A stretch of DNA of 64,000 nt, taken from the NCBI GenBank assembly GCA_965248055.1, contig CBDFIJ010000004.1, forward strand, positions 416,001 to 480,000. Direction: 5' to 3'. Origin of the DNA: Candidatus Multivoradales bacterium. Lineage in GTDB: Bacteria > Acidobacteriota > Thermoanaerobaculia > Multivoradales > JAHEKO01. Below, one piece after another: positions 38,907 through 49,084 of this stretch. The position numbers and the translations under genes were made by a program. Under the pieces are notes generated by a model, which searched no databases, was not told where the DNA came from, and was given only the letters and a program-made list of their open reading frames with translations. The first letter of the stretch is position 1. Each line of letters starts with the position of its first letter.

Positions 38907-39617
38907 CTAGAGAGCGACGCGGGCTGCTACCAGTCGCGAGAACTGTTGCGCCAAAGCTGGGGCTGGGCCGTCATCGTGCTTGAGAAAAGCGTAGAGCTGG
39001 CTGGCCCCTGTCCCAGCGGCCAAAGTCGCCCAGCGCTCCAGCTCACGGTCATCGTAGCCAGTGGCCCGCAGGCGAAAATAGGCGAAATCTGCGGTAGTCG
39101 GGATGGTGTCCCATTGGGTGTTGCCATAGTCGGCTATGCATAACGCCGCTCCCACCCGCTCCAGGGCGTCATAAGTCGCCTTCTGAAGCCAATCCTGATG
39201 GCGAAACTCGAAAGCGCAGTGGGTATCGGCGGGTAAGTCGTCGAGAAAGGTGGTCAACCGGGCCAGGTCAAATCCGAAGTTGGGGGGCAGTTGGAACAGG
39301 ATCGGGCCGAGGTGCAGCCCCAACGATTTCGAACTGCTGATCAGAAACTCCGCCTCCTCTCGGCAATTCTTGAGCTTCTTGAAGTGGGTGATCTTGCGGC
39401 TCGCCTTCAGGGCAAATTCGAACCCTGTGCCAACCTGGGAGCTCCATTTTTCCAGCAGCTCCGGATTGGGCATCCGGTAGAAGGTGTTGTTGATTTCAAC
39501 CGCTGGAAGATGCTCGGCGTAATGAGCCAGCATACGGTTCGGCGCCAGTTTTTCGGGATAAAAGCCGCCCTTCCACTGCTTGTAGGAAAAACCACTGGTA
39601 CCGACGGAAAGCTTCAT
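38907..39617 (-). CDS. DUF72 (YecE-like) protein
   Basis: VGTSGFSY..W.G.FYP, VEINNTFYRMP, LFQLPP, FEFRH. Confidence 0.92.
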   Translation of the reverse strand: MKLSVGTSGFSYKQWKGGFYPEKLAPNRMLAHYAEHLPAVEINNTFYRMPNPELLEKWSSQVGTGFEFALKASRKITHFKKLKNCREEAEFLISSSKSLGLHLGPILFQLPPNFGFDLARLTTFLDDLPADTHCAFEFRHQDWLQKATYDALERVGAALCIADYGNTQWDTIPTTADFAYFRLRATGYDDRELERWATLAAGTGASQLYAFLKHDDGPAPALAQQFSRLVAARVAL

Positions 39618-39660
39618 TTTGATCTACCTCAAGTTCTTGGCTCGTCGACTCTCTTGCCCG

Positions 39661-40443
39661 TCACTCACTTTCCGCCGAGCCAGAACCGCCGACCCGCGGA
39701 CCGTACAGCCTCAGAGTGTTGTCCAGCAGGACCTCACGCACACGCTCAATCGGCAGATCTTTGATCTCCGCGATTACCACCAACGAGATCTTGACGCTGG
39801 CCGGTTCATTGCGCTGTTCGGGATCCACTCCAAGAACCGGGCTGTCGGTCTCCAACAACAGATTCTCCAGCGGCACCCGTTGTACCAGCTTTTGTTTTTG
39901 TCGAGAACGCACGATTGACGGCGGCACCGAGAAAAAGTATCCCGCCTCCACCGCCGGATCCGCCTTGGCCGCGCGACCATCGAACGCATGAAGTTGTACC
40001 TGGGTGGCTCCCCATTCGATCAGGCACTCGACGGTTGGCGCGGCGGCCGCTCGTGAGTGAACATTGACCGGCACCTCGAGATCCTTCGCCAGATCGACAA
40101 AACGGCGGAATATCTGCCGTTGTAGCTCCCTATCTTCCGGGTCCTGCACCTTCCAATAATCGAGCCCGACCTCGCCCACCGCGACCCAGCGCTCGGCACA
40201 GCCGCGCATCCACTCTTCTAGCTCGATCGCTTGCGCTTCATCCAGATAAGTAGGGAACAAACCGGCAGCGGGAAAGATCCAATCGGAGTATTGGTCCGCC
40301 AGAGCGAGATTGACCTTGGCGTCCTCCAGCGTTTCGCCGACCGCAATCACCGCCTTAACGCCAGCGTCGACCCCCCGTTCAACAACCTGTGCCAGGTCGT
40401 CAGAGAAACCAGCGTCGGATAAATGGGCGTGGGTGTCGATCAT
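39661..40443 (-). CDS. tatD: TatD family hydrolase
   Basis: IDTHAHL, VGEVGLDY, VHSR, LLETDSP. Confidence 0.92.
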   Translation of the reverse strand: MIDTHAHLSDAGFSDDLAQVVERGVDAGVKAVIAVGETLEDAKVNLALADQYSDWIFPAAGLFPTYLDEAQAIELEEWMRGCAERWVAVGEVGLDYWKVQDPEDRELQRQIFRRFVDLAKDLEVPVNVHSRAAAAPTVECLIEWGATQVQLHAFDGRAAKADPAVEAGYFFSVPPSIVRSRQKQKLVQRVPLENLLLETDSPVLGVDPEQRNEPASVKISLVVIAEIKDLPIERVREVLLDNTLRLYGPRVGGSGSAESE

Positions 40444-40486
40444 CGTCCTAGCCTATTCCACCTCGGAGGCGCCAAAGGCCCCAAAA

Positions 40487-41221
40487 TTAGTTCATTTGGA
40501 AGTTGATGGTAAAGATGAAGTAGACAGCAACTGGCTTTCCGTTGCGCAAGGCTGGCTCGTAACGCCAGGTCTTGACGGTGTCTACCGCCGACTGGTCGAG
40601 ACCAAAAGGCAGGCCTTTGAGCACTTTGACATCCCGAACATTGCCTTCTTCGTCAACCACCGTCTCCAGGATTACCACCCCTTCAACGCCGGCCCGCCGA
40701 GCATCCTCAGTAAACCGAGGCTGTGGCCTGAATATGCCGACGGGAGCGCTCACCCCACCGCCAACCGAAACCGCGCCCTGTCGGCTGTAACCCGGAGGGG
40801 CATCGGGAATGCCGAACGCGGCGTCTACGTCAGCCAACACGTCCTCGGTATCCACTTCGACTTCCAGTTCAGTAATCGGTTCGGGATCATCCGGCGTCGG
40901 ATCGGGAATCGGAATCACCCTCTTCCGTTCGCTTCGCTTGGGTTTGGTCTGGGTTTGCGCCGGTGGCGGCGGATTAAACCGCACCGGTTGCACCACCATG
41001 TGAATCCGTTCGGGGCCGGGACTCACAGGGATCGGTTTCTTCGCCGGCAAGACAACAAAGAACAGGAGGGCATGAAACACCACCGCTGCGGCCGCTCCCC
41101 ACCACAGAGGACGGTTCGACTCCGGTTGATCCAAAATAAACTGCGGCAGTCCGCCACCCGCGTGGATCTTGGTGTCTGCCTCACCCATCAGGCGTCCGGC
41201 GAGTGATTTACTTTCAAACAT
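40487..41221 (-). CDS. tonB: Energy transducer TonB
   Basis: TM with His, Pro-rich linker, P.FTEDARRAGVEG.V, W.YEPA..NG.PV. Confidence 0.9.
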   Translation of the reverse strand: MFESKSLAGRLMGEADTKIHAGGGLPQFILDQPESNRPLWWGAAAAVVFHALLFFVVLPAKKPIPVSPGPERIHMVVQPVRFNPPPPAQTQTKPKRSERKRVIPIPDPTPDDPEPITELEVEVDTEDVLADVDAAFGIPDAPPGYSRQGAVSVGGGVSAPVGIFRPQPRFTEDARRAGVEGVVILETVVDEEGNVRDVKVLKGLPFGLDQSAVDTVKTWRYEPALRNGKPVAVYFIFTINFQMN

Positions 41222-41333
41222 GGTTAATGTGTGCCGCTTATTGTCTCAAATCGTGGAGAGCTCAGCCGAGCAACTCTGCTTCAAATACGGCGAACTCGGG
41301 GCACAAGGTTGCATGCTTGTTAGGATCCGATCC

Positions 41334-42278
41334 ATGAATAGAGCTTTGGGAGTGAAATTCGTTACTGGAAGTGTGCTGGTGCTCGCCCTCGCAACCTGGG
41401 CCATTGCAATCCTGATACCCGATTGGGCGGTTTCGAGCGAATCTCCCGATCAGGATTCCAGCGGCGAGAATACTGACGCAGAGGATTCGCAGCCGCAAGA
41501 GTTGGCGGCACTGCAATCCACTTTGTGGTCCGAAGTTCCGCAATCAGCCAACGTCGTCCCGGGTGGCGTCTATCGTTGGCCCGGAGGCGACGCGACCCTG
41601 TGCGGTACTAACGATCAATCCTGGAGTCCGGTGGACGGTAGCTGCTGGTATCCGGTGGATCTGCTCACTGACCAGAAGACTCTAACTATCTGGCAACAGG
41701 ACTCTAGCGGTCGATCAGAGCTTGTGCTTGAGATCTTGGACTACCCCTATCCAGTGCAGCACTTGACGATCCAAGACGACAGCAAGGTCAACTTGAGCGA
41801 CCAGGACGCGGCTCGCGCCAACCGTGAGAGTGCTCGCATTGGTCAACTGTGGTCGCTGCGCAGTCCGCGCCACTTCTCCCTACCCCTAGCAAGACCGTTG
41901 GCGACGCTGCCGGAAGGCGGGCGTTTCGGCTCCCGTCGATTCATCAACGGACAACCCAAGAACCCGCATTCTGGCTCCGACTACGCCGCCACCACCGGAA
42001 CCCCCATCTTGGCGGTTGACGCCGGCACCGTGGTTTTGGCTGAAGACCACTTCTTTGCTGGCAACAGCGTCTTTATCGATCACGGCGACGGTTTGATTTC
42101 GATGTCCTTTCACATGAATCGGATCCAGGTGAGCCGGGGAGATATTGTCGAGCAGGGTCAAGCGATTGGCACCGTGGGCGCTACCGGTCGCGTCACCGGG
42201 CCGCATCTGCATTTCGGCCTGCGCTGGCGCAGCAAACGGATCGATCCCGAGGCTTTGTTCGGTCGCACTGCCGACTAA
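41334..42278 (+). CDS. M23 family metallopeptidase
   Basis: HSGSDY, IDHG, GATGRVTGPHLHF. Confidence 0.92.
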   Translation: MNRALGVKFVTGSVLVLALATWAIAILIPDWAVSSESPDQDSSGENTDAEDSQPQELAALQSTLWSEVPQSANVVPGGVYRWPGGDATLCGTNDQSWSPVDGSCWYPVDLLTDQKTLTIWQQDSSGRSELVLEILDYPYPVQHLTIQDDSKVNLSDQDAARANRESARIGQLWSLRSPRHFSLPLARPLATLPEGGRFGSRRFINGQPKNPHSGSDYAATTGTPILAVDAGTVVLAEDHFFAGNSVFIDHGDGLISMSFHMNRIQVSRGDIVEQGQAIGTVGATGRVTGPHLHFGLRWRSKRIDPEALFGRTAD

Positions 42279-42301
42279 GGGCGACTAGGGGGCAGTACCA
42301 A

Positions 42302-44587
42302 TTAGGGGACAGTGCTAGCAAGGGCGTCGTCCGGATCGCCGCTTTGATCGACGACCAGCCGGCTGGCGACGCGCAGTGAAAAATCGGTCCACGATCCCGA
42401 TTGCAGCAACCAGTCAGGGAGTTCAGGAGCCACTCCCGGCAAACCATAGGTCAATTCATAGGCGGTTACCGCGGGAACTTGCGGGCCTTCAAACCACAAT
42501 CGAAACCGCTCGGTTTCTCCGGGGCCCAGAACCATCACCGCGGGCACTCTCCCGTCGGCGATCGCCTGTTGCTCGAAACCAAGCCACTGCACCTGCAACA
42601 ACCCTGGACCCTCGGTCATCAACCACAACTGGGCGCCGTTGCGGGCGAGCCTGACTTCAATATCGACCCACTGCCCACTCTGGTCGTGACCTTCTCCGAT
42701 GACAACTACAGTGGGTGGGTTGGCGTCGTTGATCCACGGCGCGGTAGTGACCCAAGGATCCCCAGGACCATAGGAGGGGTAGTGAATCCCCAAATCGCCG
42801 ATATCTTCAATTTCGCTTTGACGCCGCCAATCGGTTCCCAGTTGTGCCTCTAGCCACGGATCCAATGTCTCAGCGCGGCTGACCCACAGCGGGCCTTGGT
42901 CCGGATGCATCAGATAGGCCAGTCGAACCGGTCGCGGAGTCGCCGAAGTGGCTCCCGCCGAGGCACCTGCGACCACTAAGCAGGCCAGACCAGCCACCCC
43001 GGCTGCGATCCGCCAACGGGACGAACCGCGGCCGATCTGAGCCAAAATCGGCAGCAAAGCCAGCATTCCGACCCCGACCAAAGCGGCGACCACCCAAGCC
43101 CGATGCGGAGTCAGTCCCAGCAGTGCCTCGCGGGCCAGCGGTGCATAGAGCAGGGGCACCGGTACCGCCGCCAAAGCAAACCAAATCCACCGCCGCTGCG
43201 GGTCACGAACCGCAATCCAGGCGGCAATCGAAACCGCGAGCAGAGGCCAAACGAACAGGTAGGCGCCTCCGGCGAAGCCAAAGATGGCAAATCCGCTGAC
43301 CAGAGCGAGCACAATCAAACTGGCGCCAATCGCTCTACGGCTATCGCCGATCCAGCCCGCCAAGTGCCAACCCACGGCCAGTGCGCAGAGCAGCCATCCG
43401 GCGATCAAGAAACTCTGCCGATAGGGGGCGCTGTTGGGGGCTTCAACTAGAGCTGGGAACAACCGCACCAAGGCCATCCAACTGAGACCGACCACCACCA
43501 CCATCGCTCCCCACGCTCCCAGCGCAAACATCGAACTCGACCACAAGTTCTGCCGATAGCGAACCAGCCACAATAGTGCCAGCAGCAGTCCAGCGACCAG
43601 GGCCATTTGGTCGATCCAGCGTGGGTAGGCCACAAACTGGGAACCCAGAAGATTGAAGTAGGTGGCCTCCCCAGAGTGGTCCTGCCATTCGCTGTCATGC
43701 AGTGCTCGCAGCATACCCAGAATCGAGTCCCCCATCGACTGCAAACTGCGTTGATCTAAGTTCTCCGGGGTATCCAGTTGCGAGTGATAGGCCGGATGAG
43801 AGCCGATCATCGCGAAATTAAGACCCTGAATGCCGCGTTCACGAAAAATCGAATAGTCGGTATCGTTCGGCATCCGTCGATACACCGCAGTGGAAAACGA
43901 GTTGGCGAACGGCCTTGGCACCGCTCGACCGAAAAACTCCACCCACGGCCCAGCGCCCGCGCCAGTCTCAAACATCCACGGAACGCCCGAGTTACCACGC
44001 GCTTCGAAGTTCAAAACCAGACCGATCTCTTCAATCCACCGGTGCTGCTCAGCAAAACCTTGAGCCCCCAACAGTCCGGCCTCTTCGCCATCGCTGAACA
44101 AGATGCGAACATCGCGTTGTCCAGCCTCTCCGTCCGAAGCCCGGAGTGCCTCCAGAATCGCTGCCACCGGGGTGGCGGCGTCGCCAGCCCCCGGTCCGGT
44201 CGGCACCGAATCGTAGTGCGAGGCCACCAGGACCGCCGGCCCAGGTGCGGTGCCGGGGCGGTGCGCCAACACGTTCTGCAAGCGGGCATAACGAAGCAAC
44301 GTGCCGCGGCGGCGACGGGTCCAAGTGTTTTGTACCTCCGTCTCCCACCCCAGTCTTTCCAACTCGACGACTAGGTATTCCCGAGCTTCGCGATGCGCAC
44401 CGGTTCCGACCGGTCGCGAAGACGAGGCCAAAGCGCGCACATGGGCCATCGCCCGTGCCGACGAGAACTCGCTCTCGGGAGTATCGGCCGGTCGCGAAGC
44501 CGCGGGATGCGCCGCCCAGATCGCGGCCACCGCGAGCAAAGCTACAAAGGTGAAGCCTAGCCAGGCCTGTACTCGATCACTGAGCAT
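42302..44587 (-). CDS. Membrane M28 peptidase (ERMP1/Pff1-like)
   Basis: SHYDSV, DGEEAGLLGA, NFEARG, PNDTD, YHSQLD followed by multiple TMs. Confidence 0.9.
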   Translation of the reverse strand: MLSDRVQAWLGFTFVALLAVAAIWAAHPAASRPADTPESEFSSARAMAHVRALASSSRPVGTGAHREAREYLVVELERLGWETEVQNTWTRRRRGTLLRYARLQNVLAHRPGTAPGPAVLVASHYDSVPTGPGAGDAATPVAAILEALRASDGEAGQRDVRILFSDGEEAGLLGAQGFAEQHRWIEEIGLVLNFEARGNSGVPWMFETGAGAGPWVEFFGRAVPRPFANSFSTAVYRRMPNDTDYSIFRERGIQGLNFAMIGSHPAYHSQLDTPENLDQRSLQSMGDSILGMLRALHDSEWQDHSGEATYFNLLGSQFVAYPRWIDQMALVAGLLLALLWLVRYRQNLWSSSMFALGAWGAMVVVVGLSWMALVRLFPALVEAPNSAPYRQSFLIAGWLLCALAVGWHLAGWIGDSRRAIGASLIVLALVSGFAIFGFAGGAYLFVWPLLAVSIAAWIAVRDPQRRWIWFALAAVPVPLLYAPLAREALLGLTPHRAWVVAALVGVGMLALLPILAQIGRGSSRWRIAAGVAGLACLVVAGASAGATSATPRPVRLAYLMHPDQGPLWVSRAETLDPWLEAQLGTDWRRQSEIEDIGDLGIHYPSYGPGDPWVTTAPWINDANPPTVVVIGEGHDQSGQWVDIEVRLARNGAQLWLMTEGPGLLQVQWLGFEQQAIADGRVPAVMVLGPGETERFRLWFEGPQVPAVTAYELTYGLPGVAPELPDWLLQSGSWTDFSLRVASRLVVDQSGDPDDALASTVP

Positions 44588-44592
44588 GACGC

Positions 44593-45612
44593 CTAGCGCG
44601 CGTCCTGTTCGACTTGCCGGATTGCCTCGACCACTTGGCTGTGTAGCCGCCCATGGGTGGCGAGCACGCCTCGGTTGTCATCCAACGTAGAGCCGCGGGA
44701 AAAATCCAGAGGCTTGCCGTCGATATCGGTCACCGTACCGCCGGCAGCCTCCACCACTGCGACCCCAGCCACGTGATCCCAAACCTTCTCTTGGTAGCCC
44801 GGCGTTGATTGCGGGCGCAAATAAATTTCCGCGCCGCCGGTGGCGACATAGCCGTATTTGGCCTGAGAATCGACACGCACGGTTTTCGCGATCCCCAACG
44901 CCTCTCGCACCCCACGAACCACCACCGGATCGCCATGACTTGATTCGACACTGGCGAGAATGCGTAGTTCTGCTGACCGCGACGACGCCGATACCGCAAT
45001 CGGTTCCGGCGCTACCGCAGTCTCCCGCCAACTGCCTTTTCCCTGCTGGCCAAAGAAGACCGCAGCACCCCCGGGCCAAGCTGGGCATCCCAAAACCCCG
45101 GCCACCGGCTGGCCGGCGTACAACAGACCCACCGCAACCGCGTATTGGTCGCCGCGCAGGTACCCCTTGGTGCCATCAATCGGATCGACTACCCAGGTGA
45201 TCGAACCAGATCCGCCCCGGTTGTCCAGCAGGTCCAGAATTTCCTCAGCTTTCAGTGTTTCGCCGCTGCCGACCGCATCCATTGCTTCAGAAAACCGCCG
45301 CTCCACAGCCGGCACCAGTTCGCCATGTTCCCCATCGCGCAGCGCCGAACCGGCCTCCTCAGCGATCAACCGATCTTCGGGAAACTCGCGGCGTAGATGC
45401 CAGGTGATGATCGCCTGCGAAACATAGTCGGCGACCGTCACCGGCTCGCGCCCTACTTTGTGGGCTAAATCTTGCTGCGAAAAACTGGCCCGAATCCGGT
45501 TGCAAATATCTCCCGCTGCCCGCGCCGCCCTGCGGGCGACCACCAGCCGCACCGCCAGCTCTTGGCTCAACGCAAAATCCTGATTCAAATTCATTTCGAT
45601 CTCCGATTCCAC
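44593..45612 (-). CDS. 3'(2'),5'-bisphosphate nucleotidase (HAL2-like, inositol monophosphatase family)
   Basis: PVTVADY, DPIDGTKG, DSQAKYG, EKVWDHVAG. Confidence 0.88.
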   Translation of the reverse strand: MESEIEMNLNQDFALSQELAVRLVVARRAARAAGDICNRIRASFSQQDLAHKVGREPVTVADYVSQAIITWHLRREFPEDRLIAEEAGSALRDGEHGELVPAVERRFSEAMDAVGSGETLKAEEILDLLDNRGGSGSITWVVDPIDGTKGYLRGDQYAVAVGLLYAGQPVAGVLGCPAWPGGAAVFFGQQGKGSWRETAVAPEPIAVSASSRSAELRILASVESSHGDPVVVRGVREALGIAKTVRVDSQAKYGYVATGGAEIYLRPQSTPGYQEKVWDHVAGVAVVEAAGGTVTDIDGKPLDFSRGSTLDDNRGVLATHGRLHSQVVEAIRQVEQDAR

Positions 45613-45613
45613 A

Positions 45614-46339
45614 CTAGGCTCCTCCCATCAACCGCCGCCAGTCTTGCAGTGACTCGACGCGCATGTATACATTGCTATCTCGTTCTTCTCCCAAGGTCGA
45701 TGTTCTCGTCGGCCCATAATCGTGCCCCGGATAGAGCACCGTATCGGACGGTAACTTTGCCAGTCTCTGGGTTAAGGATCGATACATCTCGTCTGCGTCG
45801 CCTCCGGGTAGGTCGACCCGCCCGCAACCTTGGACAAAGAGGGTATCTCCAGCGATCAGTTTGCCATCGACCAAAAAACACTGGCTGCCGGGAGTGTGCC
45901 CTGGGGTGTGGACGAATTCGACTTCCACTTCTCCAACCTGGGTACGATCTCCACCGTCCACGATTCGCAAATCGGAATCTGAGACCCCAGTGACAACTTT
46001 CACCCCCTCCGCCTCGTGGCGGTTGACGTAGATCGGCATCGGTGCCAACTCCAACAGGGTGGACAATCCGTCGACCTGCATGCCGAACAGATCGCCGCCG
46101 ACATGATCTGGGTGATAGTGGGTGACCAAAGCGCCCACCACTTCAACCTCATCCTCAGCCGCGACCTGCAACAAACTGGCTACGTCCCAGGCGGGATCGA
46201 CGATCAAAGCCTGGCGCGCCGTAGGATCGCCAACCAGGTACATGAAGTTGCGCATCTGACCCGCCACCGCGTGAGATTGGGCGACTTCTTCGCCTGCTAA
46301 CAGCTGTCGAAAGTAGATTGCTTGATCGTTGTCCATCAA
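45614..46339 (-). CDS. MBL-fold hydrolase (glyoxalase II-like)
   Basis: THYHPDH, TPGHTPG, GDTLFVQGCGR, PGHDY. Confidence 0.9.
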   Translation of the reverse strand: MMDNDQAIYFRQLLAGEEVAQSHAVAGQMRNFMYLVGDPTARQALIVDPAWDVASLLQVAAEDEVEVVGALVTHYHPDHVGGDLFGMQVDGLSTLLELAPMPIYVNRHEAEGVKVVTGVSDSDLRIVDGGDRTQVGEVEVEFVHTPGHTPGSQCFLVDGKLIAGDTLFVQGCGRVDLPGGDADEMYRSLTQRLAKLPSDTVLYPGHDYGPTRTSTLGEERDSNVYMRVESLQDWRRLMGGA

Positions 46340-46483
46340 TAGGGCTCCGCTGGGGCAAGGTCGTCAGTCTCGCAGGTTTCGTCTCCCTCAGGAAACGTTT
46401 CCAAGCCACAGTCTACTGTGCGCAGTCACACTGCTATTCATCGGCAAGATTCGGCATAATGCGCCAACCACCAAGGAGTCACC

Positions 46484-47146
46484 ATGCCACAACGCCCCCT
46501 CTTCAAACGCACCGCCTTTTCCCTCGGCCTACTGCTTATCAGCGGACTGGTTGTGATTGCTTCGCCAGCCAACGCGGGGGGCAACATCCGCGGCGGAGTC
46601 GCCCAGGTCGACCCCGGACTCGGTGCTGACATCACCGTCGACGATATCTTCTTCGACGCAGATCTTGACTCAGGGTCAGGCCTGGCCGTTGGACTGGAGA
46701 TGGAAGGGAGGCGTTTGGGTTTTGGCCTTGAAGTAACCCGTAGCGACCACGACATCGGCGCCGCAGCTTCGGTGGCAGGTCAAACCTTGGATTTCGGCAC
46801 CATTACCACGGCTGAGATTTACACGGTGCTGTTGGCGATTCGCTATCGTGTGAACCCAGAAAGCAGCACAGTGTTGTCGGTTGCCGCCCTGGGCGGTGGA
46901 ATCGGCTACATCGACTTTGAACTTCCCGATGGCGACACCACTGACGGTGGAGCCCCAGCCTACGGACTCGAACTAGCGCTGGACTGGGACTTTGGCCAGC
47001 CGTCAGGACTCTTTGCCCGGGTCGGTTATCGACAAATGGAAGCCGATGTCGACTTCGAAGACATCGCCCCGGAACTAGCGGACACCCCGTTTGAACCATC
47101 CATTGGCTTCGCCCAAATTGGTTACCGATTCGGCGGGCGCCGCTAG
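46484..47146 (+). CDS. Outer membrane beta-barrel protein (OmpW/OmpA-membrane-like)
   Basis: Signal peptide, amphipathic strands, C-terminal IGYRF. Confidence 0.75.
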   Translation: MPQRPLFKRTAFSLGLLLISGLVVIASPANAGGNIRGGVAQVDPGLGADITVDDIFFDADLDSGSGLAVGLEMEGRRLGFGLEVTRSDHDIGAAASVAGQTLDFGTITTAEIYTVLLAIRYRVNPESSTVLSVAALGGGIGYIDFELPDGDTTDGGAPAYGLELALDWDFGQPSGLFARVGYRQMEADVDFEDIAPELADTPFEPSIGFAQIGYRFGGRR

Positions 47147-48900
47147 CCACCCAATTGCTTCAAGAGCTTCTCCATCTCCGAACGTAAACGCTCATCGACC
47201 ACTCCTGCCGCCAGTTCATCGCGCAGAATCTGTCGCGCATCGGAAACTTGCCGAGCGTTGGCCAAGTCCACCGCTCGATTCATCGCGTCCCACTGGCGGC
47301 GATCCGTGATCTGTGTTTGCAACTGATCCCGAGAGCGCTCAAAGCGCTCGACTACACTGAGATCGGTAATCTGCGCGAGACCGTCGTCGTATGCCTGAAC
47401 CGCGGCCACGTAGTCGTCGGCTTCCATCGCCGTATTGACCCTAGCGATCACCTGGTTCTCAAGCAGGTTATTGGTCAGTTCGTCGGCGTCCTCCGGATCA
47501 AAGGGGCGCACGTACTTCTCCACCACTTCGGCAGCAATCGAGTATTCATCTCGCCGCATGTGACCGACCGCCAAGTTGTGCGCCAAGTAGACGTGCTCAC
47601 CACCCAAGACTCGTACCGCTTCGGCCATCACCGCCAAGTCATCATCGGTGCTAGGAATCTGCGGTAACGATCGAACGATACGTTGATAGGCGGCTTCGGG
47701 ACGTGCTCCTTTTTCCAAGGCTTGAAGCGCCGCGGCACGGACTTCTTGATCCGAAGCACCGCCGTCGGCCAGAAAACTTGCATAGCGAAGCCAATCTTCA
47801 CCGGTCACACCTGGGGCTTCAATCGCTTGACGGAATAGCTTCTCAGCACCCTCGCGATCGCCACCCTTGACGCGCAATTCGGCTAGTAAGGCGGTTGCCC
47901 GGCCGGCGTACTGCGAATCGTCCAAGAGCGGTGTTAGGTGGTTTTCTACCAACGCCAGTGATGGCGGCCGATGGGTCACCACCAAGTATTCGGCCAGTCC
48001 GTACAAGACCTCAGAACGGCTTAGGCTGCGCTCCGTAATATCTCCTACGGAAAGCTCTCCGACTTCCAATGGAAAATAGGGCATCGATGGACCGGATATA
48101 TAGTTGCGCAGTTCATTGTTGAACTGATCCAGATTCCATCCATAAACCTCGCGAATCGCCAGTTCCGCGCTCTGTCCTTGCTTCATTTTGTTAAACACCT
48201 GGGCTGCCGATTCCGGGACCGGGCCACCAGTCATCAAGAAATGGGCAGCCAACCATGCTTGGGCCTTAAAAAGGCCCAAGGTCCTACCCTGATCGAGAAC
48301 CGCACTGTCCTGACCAACCTGGAAAAACTGTCCCCACGGCAACCAACTGTTTTGCCGCATGGTGACGACATACTTTGCCCGGGGCAGGCCGACCGCGGCC
48401 ACCGCGCCCTTCTTGTCGCGAAAGCCTGCATAGAAGCTGGAGATACCTGCGCGCGCCCAATAGGGCAGATAGTGCATCTTCGCCGACACGTAGTTGCGCA
48501 CGTATGCCTCGTAGGCCAACACCCGCACGTCATCGCCAATATTCGCATTGAGAGAAAGCCACAAGCGGTCTTCGGTGTTAAAAGCCTCCCAAGCCATAAC
48601 CACAGAGTTGGTTTGAGGAGGCTCACGAAGATACGGCTTCATGGAGCGTTGGCTCTTAAAGACGAAGACTCGAACTGGTTTTGCGGCAAGACCCACCCGA
48701 CCATCCTTGGTGACGAAACTGTGCAATCGACCAAAGCTCTCCACCAACGACCGGGTGCGCCCCTGGGGGGCATTGCTGAAGAACTGGAAATGCTCGGTCT
48801 CATAGGCCATCCACCGGTCCTTCTCCGGGGGCTGTGCAACCGCGGTGGAGAGTGCCATGCCGGCACTCACCAAGCCAATCCACAAGGTGCGTAATTTCAT
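47143..48900 (-). CDS. Secreted DUF1570/gluzincin-like domain + TPR protein
   Basis: Signal peptide; W...ETEHF.F.SNA; P.W...G...FY; Y/F.QAW...HFL; helical repeats; start MKLR at 48900. Confidence 0.65.
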   Translation of the reverse strand: MKLRTLWIGLVSAGMALSTAVAQPPEKDRWMAYETEHFQFFSNAPQGRTRSLVESFGRLHSFVTKDGRVGLAAKPVRVFVFKSQRSMKPYLREPPQTNSVVMAWEAFNTEDRLWLSLNANIGDDVRVLAYEAYVRNYVSAKMHYLPYWARAGISSFYAGFRDKKGAVAAVGLPRAKYVVTMRQNSWLPWGQFFQVGQDSAVLDQGRTLGLFKAQAWLAAHFLMTGGPVPESAAQVFNKMKQGQSAELAIREVYGWNLDQFNNELRNYISGPSMPYFPLEVGELSVGDITERSLSRSEVLYGLAEYLVVTHRPPSLALVENHLTPLLDDSQYAGRATALLAELRVKGGDREGAEKLFRQAIEAPGVTGEDWLRYASFLADGGASDQEVRAAALQALEKGARPEAAYQRIVRSLPQIPSTDDDLAVMAEAVRVLGGEHVYLAHNLAVGHMRRDEYSIAAEVVEKYVRPFDPEDADELTNNLLENQVIARVNTAMEADDYVAAVQAYDDGLAQITDLSVVERFERSRDQLQTQITDRRQWDAMNRAVDLANARQVSDARQILRDELAAGVVDERLRSEMEKLLKQLGG

Positions 48901-49084
48901 CCTTAACCTCCATCGGTACCCTCGCCATCGACTGATCACCCGGCAACTCGTCCTAACCGCAACGCTGCTATGGTAACAGGCATCCGAGATCAAGATGATC
49001 GACAAACCGTTGAGATGACCCAAATCGACATCAGGTCACCGATACTAACTAGCAGATGACGATGGATTACCGCAGGCCCTCCCC

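Noticed and set aside
40310-41206. 298-aa + strand ORF
   Set aside because: Antisense shadow of tonB and tatD; no motifs.
41286-41313. ECF-like promoter upstream of tonB (TGCAAC...CGTA)
   Set aside because: The 18-bp spacer is longer than typical.
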